Shown: positions 47,032 to 56,368 of the stretch, piece after piece
How positions within the stretch are numbered: the stretch's first letter is position 1
Layout of the letters: each line of letters opens with the position of its first letter
Assembly (NCBI GenBank): GCA_040225955.1
Contig: JBECUL010000002.1
Coordinates: 28,544 to 92,543 of the forward strand
DNA: 64,000 nucleotides
Reading direction: 5' to 3'
Origin: Candidatus Asgardarchaeum abyssi
Lineage (GTDB): Archaea > Asgardarchaeota > Asgardarchaeia > Asgardarchaeales > Asgardarchaeaceae
Made by a program: the position numbers and the translations under genes
The notes under the pieces: model-generated
Told to the model about the DNA's origin: nothing
Database searches by the model: none
What the model saw: the letters and a program-made list of their open reading frames with translations, nothing else

Positions 47032-47532
47032 CTAATTTAGCTTATTTGAGTCATCTATCGTTGTCTTATACCCATATTCACGAAGCGTTTCGAGGAAGTC
47101 ATCAAAGTTTTTTACGGAGATTATCGTAACTCTGTCATCAAACTTCAATAATCCGCCACCATAACCCGATTTTTGCTTTCGATCCATATAAACAAAGCCC
47201 TTTATAGCACTACGTGGAATGAAAACAAGTGCTTTTGCCTTTTTTATGTATAAGCCCTCTTTTGTTACTATATAGCCCTTAGTAAGATTCAGAACGAATG
47301 GAAAGAGCATTACGGAAATAGGAGCCGCAAAAATTAATATTAGCAGTAATATCTCAAAGAGCTGAATCCCCATGACATTATAATTAGCAGCTGGAATCAT
47401 AAATATATGAATCCAAATTATTAAAAGAATGGCTCCTATCATGAGAGTAAACAGAAAAACAACAAGTACTAATATTAAGTTTGGTTGTGGAAAGAACTTG
47501 CCCTCTATCAACCTATTAGACACTTTCATCAA
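47032..47532 (-). CDS. Membrane protein with a C-terminal bacterial-PH-like (bPH/DUF304-like) domain
   Basis: Two to three TM helices followed by KGYIVTKEGLYIKKAKALVFIPRSAIKGFVY. The call is tentative. Confidence 0.4.
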   Translation of the reverse strand: MMKVSNRLIEGKFFPQPNLILVLVVFLFTLMIGAILLIIWIHIFMIPAANYNVMGIQLFEILLLILIFAAPISVMLFPFVLNLTKGYIVTKEGLYIKKAKALVFIPRSAIKGFVYMDRKQKSGYGGGLLKFDDRVTIISVKNFDDFLETLREYGYKTTIDDSNKLN

Positions 47533-48041
47533 AATTCCACCTCACGTCTATTTAAATCAATTAGCATTCTTAAGTCCTGGACAAATTTTTCGGGATTCTC
47601 AGGAACAAGAAATATCAAAGTTGCTACGCTGGAATCAATTAAACTAACACTCGGAGGCCCATAACGTTTAATGAGAACTTTAAGCTCTTCTCGTCCCTTC
47701 CGATCCCAAGAAACAAATAAGAAAACATGCTCTATATCGGAATACGCTATTTTCTTATTACGATACAAGAGTGACCATGGAGATCTAATTATGAGCTCCT
47801 TATCGGTTAATACATATTCTAAGGATATAACGGGCAAAACGATTCCTATAAAAATTAAAATGACCGTCGCAAAAATACAAACAATGCCAATTAAATATGG
47901 AATATCAATTTTAAACGCTAAGAGATTCAATAAATGACTGCGAGTTTTATAAATGAAAAGGCCACTAAGCTCTATGAGAATGACCGTTATTAATATTGCT
48001 AAAGTCTTTTCCGTCTTTGATTTGTAAATAATATACACCAT
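47529..48041 (-). CDS. Membrane protein with a bacterial-PH-like domain (paralog-like neighbour)
   Basis: Two TM helices followed by YVLTDKELIIRSPWSLLYRNKKIAYSDIEHVFL. It overlaps the next gene by 4 nt. Confidence 0.4.
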   Translation of the reverse strand: MVYIIYKSKTEKTLAILITVILIELSGLFIYKTRSHLLNLLAFKIDIPYLIGIVCIFATVILIFIGIVLPVISLEYVLTDKELIIRSPWSLLYRNKKIAYSDIEHVFLFVSWDRKGREELKVLIKRYGPPSVSLIDSSVATLIFLVPENPEKFVQDLRMLIDLNRREVEF

Positions 48042-48059
48042 AGCTCATCTGGAAAATTA

Positions 48060-48384
48060 TCAGCTTTTTCTTATTAGTTTATTTAAATAAAAACTCTAAT
48101 ATGATTCCATTTCTATATTAGGAATTATCTCAAATCTATAAATAACAATCTCAACAGCCTTTAATCTAGCTGATGGCATTTCTGGCTCCTGGATTTATAT
48201 CGATAATAAACTCCAAAGAGAGGTTCATATACTGTGATTATAGAAACTGCTTTTATTGCGATTACCTTATCTATTTATTTTATTTTTCTAATTGCGTCTT
48301 TATTTGGTACCTTCTTTATTACGTCTATTAATACTCATGTATCAAGAGGCTGATCTCTTTCGAAACTCTAGCTTACTTCCATAA
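48060..48384 (-). pseudogene. Decayed VapC (PIN) toxin gene
   Basis: Starting at the ATG that overlaps the antitoxin stop, one frame reads MEVS*SFERDQPLDT*VLIDVIKKVPNKDAIRKIK*IDKVIAIKAVSIITVYEPLFGV... It carries in-frame TAG, TGA and TAA, then further shifts. LDT.VLID and S.IT..E are PIN hallmarks. Confidence 0.55.
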
Positions 48385-48603
48385 GTAACTTTTTTTCTTT
48401 AAATCCAAATCTTCTTTTTCTTTCCTTAATCTTTCTAAAACCTTTACATCTTCGTCATCAAAGATCCCTATACCTATTATGTCTGATATGCTTGTACTTC
48501 GTGTAATAGCTCTTTTTATGGCATCACTGAAACTTTCTCCACGTCTCTTAAATCTTTTTAGCATCTCGTATACCTCTTCAGAAACCATTATTGTGCGTGC
48601 CAT
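48373..48603 (-). CDS. vapB: VapB-type antitoxin (small archaeal CopG-like antitoxin)
   Basis: MARTIMVSEEVYEMLKRFKRRGESFSDAIKRAI, a pattern typical of archaeal PIN-associated antitoxins. 76 aa. Confidence 0.6.
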   Translation of the reverse strand: MARTIMVSEEVYEMLKRFKRRGESFSDAIKRAITRSTSISDIIGIGIFDDEDVKVLERLRKEKEDLDLKKKSYLWK

Positions 48604-48738
48604 CTTTTCACTTGATTAAATATTATATACATGTACATTTATTTTTTGCGGATTTCTCATCAGAAAATCGTTCCTCAAGCAAAATATAATAGGATACATA
48701 ACATTTAATAATTACTGAATAAACCATGATGAACAAAG

Positions 48739-48934
48739 GATGAGCGAATTGAACATAGACTTAATAAGAGAAAGAATTACAGAGATTCGCGAGGGTATTA
48801 AGCAACTTAATAATTTTCTGAAAACAATACAAAGACCTGAAGCTAACTGAGAAATTGACAATTAGATATTGATGCTAAAAAAGATTAAAGGATTTCATTG
48901 AGTTTGTAAAATTTGTGGAGGATTTTGTGGACAA
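48739..48934 (+). pseudogene. Possible internally deleted HEPN/DUF86 (HepT-like) remnant
   Basis: MSELNIDLIRERITEIREGIKQLNNFLKTIQRPEAN*, then in other frames ...LKGFHEFVKFVEDFV. It is too short for a full domain and lies directly upstream of a nucleotidyltransferase gene. Confidence 0.3.
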
Positions 48935-49333
48935 ATGGAAAAGATAAAATACTACACACTTAGTCAAGAAGAAAGAATAAAAATCGAGAAGAAAATAAAG
49001 GATATTCTAAGCCATGATGAAAACATAATCTTTGCTTTTATCCATGGCAGTTTTATATCGGGTAATCCATTTAGAGATATAGACATAGCTGTTTTTCTAA
49101 AAGATGAGAAGGATGCTTTTTCGTATGTAACTCGTTATTCCGCAAAGATTGAAATTGAAATTAAATATCCAATTGACCTCCACGTATTAAATGAAGCCCC
49201 CTTAACATTTCAGTATCATGCCATTACCAAGGGAAAGCTGCTTCTCTCTAGAGATGAACTAACTTTGGATCTATTTATTGAAAGAACTTTAAAGAAATAT
49301 TGGGATTTTAAAATTTTGCTGGAATATATTTAA
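48935..49333 (+). CDS. Nucleotidyltransferase-domain protein (MntA-like antitoxin)
   Basis: FIHGSFISGNPFRDIDIAVFL (GS...DxD). 132 aa. Confidence 0.8.
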   Translation: MEKIKYYTLSQEERIKIEKKIKDILSHDENIIFAFIHGSFISGNPFRDIDIAVFLKDEKDAFSYVTRYSAKIEIEIKYPIDLHVLNEAPLTFQYHAITKGKLLLSRDELTLDLFIERTLKKYWDFKILLEYI

Positions 49334-49433
49334 TATCCAACGTTATTATTCTGCCTAACTACTAGAATAATGGAAAAGAAAATTTTTGTATATATAATAA
49401 TACCACATTTGTCTACAAAGGAAGGTATGATCT

Positions 49434-49736
49434 ATGAAAGCTACAATTTCGGTTCGTGTGCCCAAAGAGCTCATTGAGGAGATCAAAAAAATTGCAGAAG
49501 AGGAGGATAGAGATAAGGCTGATGTTCTTAGGGAAATACTTGCAAAAGGTGTGCAAGAGAAGAAAATAGAAATTGCAATTAAAAAATACAAGGAAGGAAA
49601 ATTCACCCTATGGAAAGCAGCAAGATACGCGGGTATATCCCTATGGGCAATGATTGAACTATTAAAAGAGAAGAAAATCGAACTACAATATGGCGAAGCT
49701 GAATTAGAAAGCGATCTTAAAGCGTTGGAGGAGTAA
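49434..49736 (+). CDS. UPF0175-family antitoxin-like protein
   Basis: KEGKFTLWKAARYAGISLWAMIELLKEKKIELQYG helix-turn-helix tail typical of UPF0175. An RHH-like N-terminus is also present. Confidence 0.7.
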   Translation: MKATISVRVPKELIEEIKKIAEEEDRDKADVLREILAKGVQEKKIEIAIKKYKEGKFTLWKAARYAGISLWAMIELLKEKKIELQYGEAELESDLKALEE

Positions 49737-49737
49737 T

Positions 49738-50237
49738 TTTGATTATTATTTCAAATGCATCAACGCTCATCTATCTTGCAAAAGTAAACCGATTACATCT
49801 ATTAAAAGATCTTTTAAAAAGTTATAATCCCTATGGAAGTTTATGAAGAGGTTATAATTAGAGGCATAAAAGATGGTTTTCTGATGCAAGAATTGTTGAG
49901 AACGCTGTTAAAGACGGATGGATTGAAGTTGTTAAGTCACCTAAGGATATTGAAGTGAGATGAAGTTCAAAGAACTTGATTATGGAGAAATACTGTCTTG
50001 AAACTTGCTGAAGCATATCCAAATAGTCTAATATTAATGGATGATGCATCAGCAAGAAAGATTGCTGAAAACCTTGGATACAATGTGAAAGGAACTTTTA
50101 TATGTCATTTTATTAGCAGTCAGAAGAAAAATAATTTCCAAAAAATTGCTCGTGAGATCATTAATAGGTTGGTTTCTTCTGGATTCAGAATGTCAATTGA
50201 GTTGTATATTAAGGTAATTGAAGGTTTAAAAGAATGA
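49738..50237 (+). pseudogene. PIN-like (COG2405/DUF3368-type) toxin gene with multiple frameshifts
   Basis: Pieces in three frames: LIIISNASTLIYLAKVNRLHLLKDLLK / VIIPMEVYEEVIIRGIKDGF / SDARIVENAVKDGWIEVVKSPKDIEV / FKELDYGEILS / LKLAEAYPNSLILMDDASARKIAENLGYNVKGTF...SSGFRMSIELYIKVIEGLKE*. Two of the shifts sit at A5 and T4 runs. Confidence 0.7.
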
Positions 50238-50416
50238 AATCATAAAAGTTTCTTGTTAAACCATTGTCAGTTAAGGGTCTAATATTCAAACTGTAGCACG
50301 GTTTTTAAGGATTTTGAGATCCTCCCATCACTCCTAATTTGATTCTAAAAAGTAAGATAGCTATTAGGTGGTTGTAGTTATTCGCCGTGTTTATTCTTTC
50401 GGACCACTGCTCTAGG

Positions 50417-51148
50417 CTAACGATATACTTTGAGGATATACGTAAAAATCGCAATTGTAAATATGTATAGGTTTGCCAAAGCATAATCGCGAAATATTAC
50501 ATTAAAGAATACCCTGTTTGCCATATCCATACTTCTGTTTACATAAATCCTGAACAATACGTAAAACTCAACACCCTTCTCGTAACTTATTTCCGATACA
50601 GAATTACTAAGATATGCGTTATACACCTCTATGTGCCATACTTGGTAGTCTAATTTCTTCGAGTAGTAGTATGGGAACTCTGTGTTGTTCTCGTTGAACT
50701 TCCAGATGGGCGCAGTATAGTTTATCACAAGCGTTTCGTTCTTGCCGTCAAAAACCCAGAGCCTGAAGTTTATATACGTCATGTTCAAGTATGGGAAGTC
50801 CTTGTAAAGATAACGGTCTAAATCACTTTCATTTTTTATGGGGGTCCCTCCTTTGACGATTGACCACTTATACGGTCTAATAAATATTCCCTCATGAAAG
50901 ATGTCCATATAGACTTGATAGCTATCCGTCTCATCACAAAGCATGTTCCACCATTCGTTCGTAGGAGCTGTTACATTCTCGCGGGTTCCCCCTCCAATAA
51001 AAGTCAACGTTCCGATATGAACAGGAGGACCAGCTAGGAACGAGGAGTAAAACCAATAAATAAATGTAAGGTTTCCCAGTAACATGATCAATAAAAATAT
51101 TAGAAGCCAACCCTTCGGAGAGACATTTTTCATGGCTATTACCTCCAT
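50417..51148 (-). CDS. Hypothetical protein with N- and C-terminal hydrophobic anchors
   Basis: 243 aa. GWLLIFLLIMLLGNLTFIYWF at the N-terminus, LANLYIFTIAIFTYIL at the C-terminus, and an aromatic/Asn-rich middle. No motif recognised. Confidence 0.4.
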   Translation of the reverse strand: MEVIAMKNVSPKGWLLIFLLIMLLGNLTFIYWFYSSFLAGPPVHIGTLTFIGGGTRENVTAPTNEWWNMLCDETDSYQVYMDIFHEGIFIRPYKWSIVKGGTPIKNESDLDRYLYKDFPYLNMTYINFRLWVFDGKNETLVINYTAPIWKFNENNTEFPYYYSKKLDYQVWHIEVYNAYLSNSVSEISYEKGVEFYVLFRIYVNRSMDMANRVFFNVIFRDYALANLYIFTIAIFTYILKVYR

Positions 51149-51199
51149 GTTTAGTAAATAATAATAAATAAATTAAAAAAGATAAAATAAAATCAATAA

Positions 51200-51655
51200 T
51201 TATCCTGCCATGTAGTAGTATGTCCAATAACCGAATGTGTATTGTCCTAGTGGAACTTCGTAATATCCTTGATTTTGATATATTCTTGCTATGATATTTA
51301 AAGATATAGCGTAAATCACTTTAATCACATAATTTTCGGTTTCAACATCTGGATCTAAGTTCACTGAATAAAGATCATAAAAGAAAATTACTCCATCCGA
51401 CTCACTTGTAATGCAAGGTATATCTTTGTATGTGATTGTTATTGTATTTAAATCTTGATTAAGATTTGCCGATGGGCTTACTTTAGATTGTGAAAGTGCT
51501 GACACTCCAACACCGATTATTGATGTAAGAATGCCAACAGTGCCCCATCCACATAATTTACCTATAGCATTAACACTAGCAATAAGAAGTCTAATAGCTG
51601 TATGAGCATGTTGCTCTTCTTGAGATTCGCCAACATCCGCTAAATATTCACGCAT
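51200..51655 (-). CDS. Hypothetical protein
   Basis: 151-aa ORF downstream of cobN on the same strand, with one hydrophobic segment (GWGTVGILTSIIGVGVSAL). Confidence 0.4.
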   Translation of the reverse strand: MREYLADVGESQEEQHAHTAIRLLIASVNAIGKLCGWGTVGILTSIIGVGVSALSQSKVSPSANLNQDLNTITITYKDIPCITSESDGVIFFYDLYSVNLDPDVETENYVIKVIYAISLNIIARIYQNQGYYEVPLGQYTFGYWTYYYMAG

Positions 51656-51722
51656 AGTGGCGGTTGGAGATTCAACAATTGCTTTTAGTAAGAAAAATCA
51701 TTACATCCGAACTTTAAGCTAT

Positions 51723-54700
51723 TTATATCTCCTCCTCTAAGATGCTCTCAAGTTCAATGTATTTTTCTTTAAGCCGTTTTAATGTTTCTTCGTCTGTTTG
51801 CCAATATCCTCTGCTGTTAGCTTCAAGCAACTTTTTAATTACTTTTTGAGCTGCCCATTTGTTAGCTTTTACAAGCTTATTGTATCTTTCTTCATCAAAA
51901 ACTATTTTATCGGCAATCTCATTCCACATCCAGTTTTCAACTTCATTCAATGTAGAAGCCAAGCCTAATAGGTTTTCTACGCGTGTTGCAATTTTTTCGG
52001 CTCCTGAAAAATCATGCTTTAGCATCGAGTCAAGCCATTTAGGATTTGCTAATCGAGTTATGACCCCTCGTTTTATTGCCTCTGTGGATTTCTCAACAAC
52101 TATAAATTCCTTTGTAGTATCTGCCACCAACACTTGAGGCTTCTCACCTTTCAGTTCTTTTACCGTTCTTGCAACTCCACCTAGAAACTCGTAATAATGA
52201 TCTAAGTCGGTGATTTCGTATTCTACAGTGTCTCTAACCTGTGTAACCAGATCTACGCTCTTTAGAATTTCTTTAAAGATCTCTTCTGCTTTAACATTGC
52301 GGTATGTTCGTCCGTATGCGTATCTCATGCTATTCAAATATTCTCTAACGATATCCTGTTCTGTTGTCCAATTTGATGATTCTATTAATGCTGTGAGTGA
52401 TGTAGCATATTCCCCTTCTGGTGGTCCAAATATTCTATAGATCTTCTCCTCTCCAATTTTTTCTTTGAGTTGTTTATTATTTGCTCTCACATAGTTCATA
52501 TCATCTGGTTCATCCAATTCACTTACCTTTCTGATGGCTTGATCTAAAAGTTCAACTAAATTATAGAAGGTATCTCTAAAGATACCACAAATCGTGACCA
52601 CGACGTCAATTCTTGGTCTTTTAAGCTCTTCGAGGGGTATAACTTCTATATCTCTAACATAGGGTCCCTTCCAGACTGGTTTAACACCTAATAGATGGAA
52701 AATCGTTGCAATTGTTTCTCCACCAGTTTTCATGGTTTCAAAAGCCCATAAAACGAGGTTTACTGTTCGCGGATATCGCCCATTTTGTTTAAAGAAGGTG
52801 TTTATGTAGTCCTCCGCGATCTTCCTTCCTCTTTCCAAAGCTATATCGTTTGGAACTGTTGTTGGGTCAAGCTGATATGTATTTCTTCCAGTTGGGAAAA
52901 CATTAGGGTTCCTAATAATGTCTCCACCGGGACCCGGAAGAATATACTCTCCATTTAGAGCTCTACCTAAGTTTTCTAACTCCTTTGACTCTTTAATATT
53001 CTTCTTCACATGAATAAGGAAATCACGCACAGCTAGAAGGTCTTGTTCTCTCTCATCGGGCACGTTTTCTTTTATAACAAAGGTATAAATCCAGTCCCTA
53101 GCTTCATTTTCTATTTCTTCGATAATCTTACCATATCTTACACCCTGACTACTCATTTTTGATGGATTCTTTAGTAAATCAAAATATTCTAAGCCTCTTT
53201 TTTCAGCAAATATTCTAAAAAGACTCTTAATATTCCCTCGATCGTATCTGGAGATGTGAAGAAGTATATCAACAATTTTCTGGTCATCTATTTTTTCACC
53301 GAAAGTATGAAGCCCTTCAGGAACCAAGGTTCTCTTATACTCTACAAGTTTATCATGAATCTCATCCGCTGAATTTCCTAGGTTAAACACCTTTGCTTTT
53401 TCGACTATTTTCTTTTCCAGTTCACTCGCTTTTTGCTTATCATATTGCAGAATCTCAAAGTATTGGTCTAGCAGCCTTTCAATTTCGATTAACTCTTCAC
53501 TAAGTCCACTAACCATCGTTGGGGGACTTGCATGATTTATTATGAGTGCGTAGCTTCTTCTCTTAGCTATGGAGGACTCAGAAGCATTGACAACATGATA
53601 TAAGTAAATATTTGGTAGATTGCCTATTAGAATATCTGGGTAGCACTCGCTAGACAACCCTACTTCCTTACCTGGCAGAAATTCTAAAGTTCCATGAGTT
53701 CCAAGGTGGATAACTGCATCAACATTAGCTTTCTTTTCTAACCACTTATAAAAGGCAACATATTGGTGGTGGGGAGGTAAGTCTCTTGAATGATAAACTT
53801 TTGATGGATCCTCGTGCACACCCCTTGATGGTTGAATTCCAATGAAAACGTTACCAAGCTTAATTATCGGAAGGATAATCATATCACTGATTGCCATTAT
53901 GCTGCCTGGAGGTTCGCCCCAAGCGCTAATAATATTTTCCTGAGCTGGCTTAGGTAGTTCCTTAAACCAATTACGATATTCCTCTAATGAAACTTTAGGA
54001 AGTTTTGCTATAGCATCTTGAGTTAATATCCAATCACCAGAGTTAACAAGCCCAGATGAAAGTATCAGCTTCTTTAATTCTTGAGGAGAGTACTCTTGTG
54101 GAATTGCGTAACCTAACTCTTTAAGATAGCTCAGTATATTTGAGAGACTTTTAAATGAGTCCAGGTAAGCTGCTTTTCCTATGTTTGCCTCACCAGGAGG
54201 ATAATTGTAGAGGATAATCGCAATCTTCTTCTCTGAGTTCTTCTTTCTCCTAAGGTTAATCCATTTCTCCACCCTATTAGCAATTTTTTCTATTCTATCT
54301 TCCACAGCAATAAACTCTTGAATATCACCTGAAACGGTCTTTTCTGCTAAAACAGGACCAACAGAAACTATTGGCTCAAAACGGCCATCAAGCTCAGGAA
54401 GTATAACAGTCGTTATTGTGACTATTGGGGATATTCCACCGCGATCTTTTTTCCATCGGTCTATAGTTTTTTCGGAGAGCAAGATTCCATGTAAGACTGG
54501 TACATTTAACCTTTTTAAAACATCAAATGTCTTCTCATGATCTCCTCCAAGAGGCCCACCTGCAAATCTGAACCAAAGTAAATCCACCATGATATCAATA
54601 ATCGGTTTCTCACCATTTAGGAAGAAACGTTCAATTGCTAAATAATACCTAAGATCCGCTGAAAAGACAGGAATCACACCTATTCCCTTTTCCTCTAATT

Positions 54701-55469
54701 TTTTTACGAGTGCTTCAACTGCTGGATATGTATGGTCATAGTGATAGCCACCATAACATAATATACCAACAAGTGGAGCTTCTCGAAGGTCATAATCCTT
54801 TAAATAATCGTCAGTGCTTTGATATATCTTACCTGTCTTTACATTGATAATTCCCATTGATGGCATTACAATAGGTGGTTGTGACACTTTTAGTATCTTC
54901 ATGCCAGCGTATTCTTTCAGAAGCAGTATAAACATGTTGTAATAATTCTCTTCACAAGGATTATCATAATACTTAGACAAGTACACATAATTCTTAGCAT
55001 GTTTCAGAATCCCGATTGGAAGCCTCCGACCTATTTTTTCAAACCGCTCTCTCATTTGGAGAATTTTTCCATAATCGATCTTGCGTTCTTTTCTGAATAA
55101 CTTTCCGATAATAGGTATCTTCTTCATCTTCTCAAAACTGGAAAAGGAAAAACTTCCCATTCGAGTTAATCTGAAAAGTTGATCTGATCCCCCAATTAAG
55201 CATATTACTGTATTTTTTGTGTCCTTCAAGTTTTCAGTAAGTAGCTTAGTTACTATGTCACCGCCTCTGACATCGATTAAAACTATATCCGCGGTTCTTA
55301 TCTCATTGACAAATTTTTCGATGTTTATAACTTCTCTATCTATATCGTATGGGCTGTAAAATTTGAAGGAAAAAATCTCACCGTATTCTTCTTTTATTTT
55401 CCTAATCGCACTGGCCATAGCCGGTTTAAACTGGTAGCCTATTAGTACTATAAGCGGTTGTCTATCCAT
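51723..55469 (-). CDS. cobN: CobN/Mg-chelatase-family large subunit (cobaltochelatase CobN-like)
   Basis: 1248 aa. The conserved block IHLGTHGTLEFLPGKEVGLS and the overall length are typical of the CobN/BchH family. Confidence 0.9.
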   Translation of the reverse strand: MDRQPLIVLIGYQFKPAMASAIRKIKEEYGEIFSFKFYSPYDIDREVINIEKFVNEIRTADIVLIDVRGGDIVTKLLTENLKDTKNTVICLIGGSDQLFRLTRMGSFSFSSFEKMKKIPIIGKLFRKERKIDYGKILQMRERFEKIGRRLPIGILKHAKNYVYLSKYYDNPCEENYYNMFILLLKEYAGMKILKVSQPPIVMPSMGIINVKTGKIYQSTDDYLKDYDLREAPLVGILCYGGYHYDHTYPAVEALVKKLEEKGIGVIPVFSADLRYYLAIERFFLNGEKPIIDIMVDLLWFRFAGGPLGGDHEKTFDVLKRLNVPVLHGILLSEKTIDRWKKDRGGISPIVTITTVILPELDGRFEPIVSVGPVLAEKTVSGDIQEFIAVEDRIEKIANRVEKWINLRRKKNSEKKIAIILYNYPPGEANIGKAAYLDSFKSLSNILSYLKELGYAIPQEYSPQELKKLILSSGLVNSGDWILTQDAIAKLPKVSLEEYRNWFKELPKPAQENIISAWGEPPGSIMAISDMIILPIIKLGNVFIGIQPSRGVHEDPSKVYHSRDLPPHHQYVAFYKWLEKKANVDAVIHLGTHGTLEFLPGKEVGLSSECYPDILIGNLPNIYLYHVVNASESSIAKRRSYALIINHASPPTMVSGLSEELIEIERLLDQYFEILQYDKQKASELEKKIVEKAKVFNLGNSADEIHDKLVEYKRTLVPEGLHTFGEKIDDQKIVDILLHISRYDRGNIKSLFRIFAEKRGLEYFDLLKNPSKMSSQGVRYGKIIEEIENEARDWIYTFVIKENVPDEREQDLLAVRDFLIHVKKNIKESKELENLGRALNGEYILPGPGGDIIRNPNVFPTGRNTYQLDPTTVPNDIALERGRKIAEDYINTFFKQNGRYPRTVNLVLWAFETMKTGGETIATIFHLLGVKPVWKGPYVRDIEVIPLEELKRPRIDVVVTICGIFRDTFYNLVELLDQAIRKVSELDEPDDMNYVRANNKQLKEKIGEEKIYRIFGPPEGEYATSLTALIESSNWTTEQDIVREYLNSMRYAYGRTYRNVKAEEIFKEILKSVDLVTQVRDTVEYEITDLDHYYEFLGGVARTVKELKGEKPQVLVADTTKEFIVVEKSTEAIKRGVITRLANPKWLDSMLKHDFSGAEKIATRVENLLGLASTLNEVENWMWNEIADKIVFDEERYNKLVKANKWAAQKVIKKLLEANSRGYWQTDEETLKRLKEKYIELESILEEEI

Positions 55470-55683
55470 GTTATTACACCTAATTGCTTATTATAGATAG
55501 TATGAAAAATTTAAACTAAAGTAATACTGTCGTTCAAAGATTATTTGATCATACTATTTAAGGATTGATGTTAAAAAATAAGGCTGATTCTTAATTGGAT
55601 ATAAATAGAATATACTCTATTCTATAAGGCTAGTTTAGTGATGAAAAGGAATTTTAAAATGGAAAAATTAATTATGTTATGTC

Positions 55684-56368
55684 TTAAATCTTAGAATCAC
55701 TTATAATTTTTCCATCTCTTATTTTAATTATCCTATCAGCAATGGTGATAATTTCGGGATCGTGAGTACTAATTATAAATGTGACATGGTACAGGTCTCT
55801 TAGTTTTTTCATAAGTTTTATTATACCTCTTCCAGTATTGGTATCTAAGTGTGCCGTTGGTTCATCAGCAAGAACTATTTTTGGATTGTTTATTAGTGCT
55901 CTTGCTATTGCTACGCGCTGTTGTTCACCCACACTAAGTTGCGATGGTTTATGCCTCAGTCTTTCCATAAGTCCCACGGTTTCGATAAGTTCTAGTGCCT
56001 TATTCTTAACAGTCTCGAAATCATCTGCATATGGATACATTGGCAACGTTACATTTTCTAAAACATTAAGAAATTCGATTAAATTTATCTTCTGGAAGAT
56101 AAAGCCGATGTTATTGTGCCTCCACTCAGCAGCTTCATCTTCAGAAAATTTAGTGATATCTACTTTATCATAAAGAATCTTTCCCTTTGTAGGTTTTATT
56201 ATAGCACCCAATAACAGTAGTAAGGTTGTCTTTCCACTACCAGAAGGGACCGAAAAGAACTATAAATTCGCCTTGTTCTATTTTTAAACTTACATCACGA
56301 ACAGCATGGATATATCTTTTTTCGATACGATATACTTTAGATACGTTTGAAAGTTTAATTTGTGTCAT
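55684..56368 (-). pseudogene. MacB/LolD-type ABC transporter ATP-binding protein with a 1-nt frameshift inside the Walker A motif
   Basis: From ATG 56368: MTQIKLSNVSKVYRIEKRYIHAVRDVSLKIEQGEFIVLFGPFW*. Shifting one base gives GPSGSGKTTLLLLLGAIIKPTKG, which continues into ORF 55684..56211 (LSVGEQQRVAIARAL, IVLADEPTAHLD). There is an extra T in GGTCCCTTCTGG (plus strand 56241-56251). Confidence 0.85.

Noticed and set aside
2395-56368. Stop-codon reassignment or programmed readthrough as the explanation for the split genes
   Set aside because: The split genes resume in a different frame rather than after an in-frame stop. TAA, TAG and TGA all terminate well-supported genes in the window. The one gene with in-frame stops carries all three kinds.
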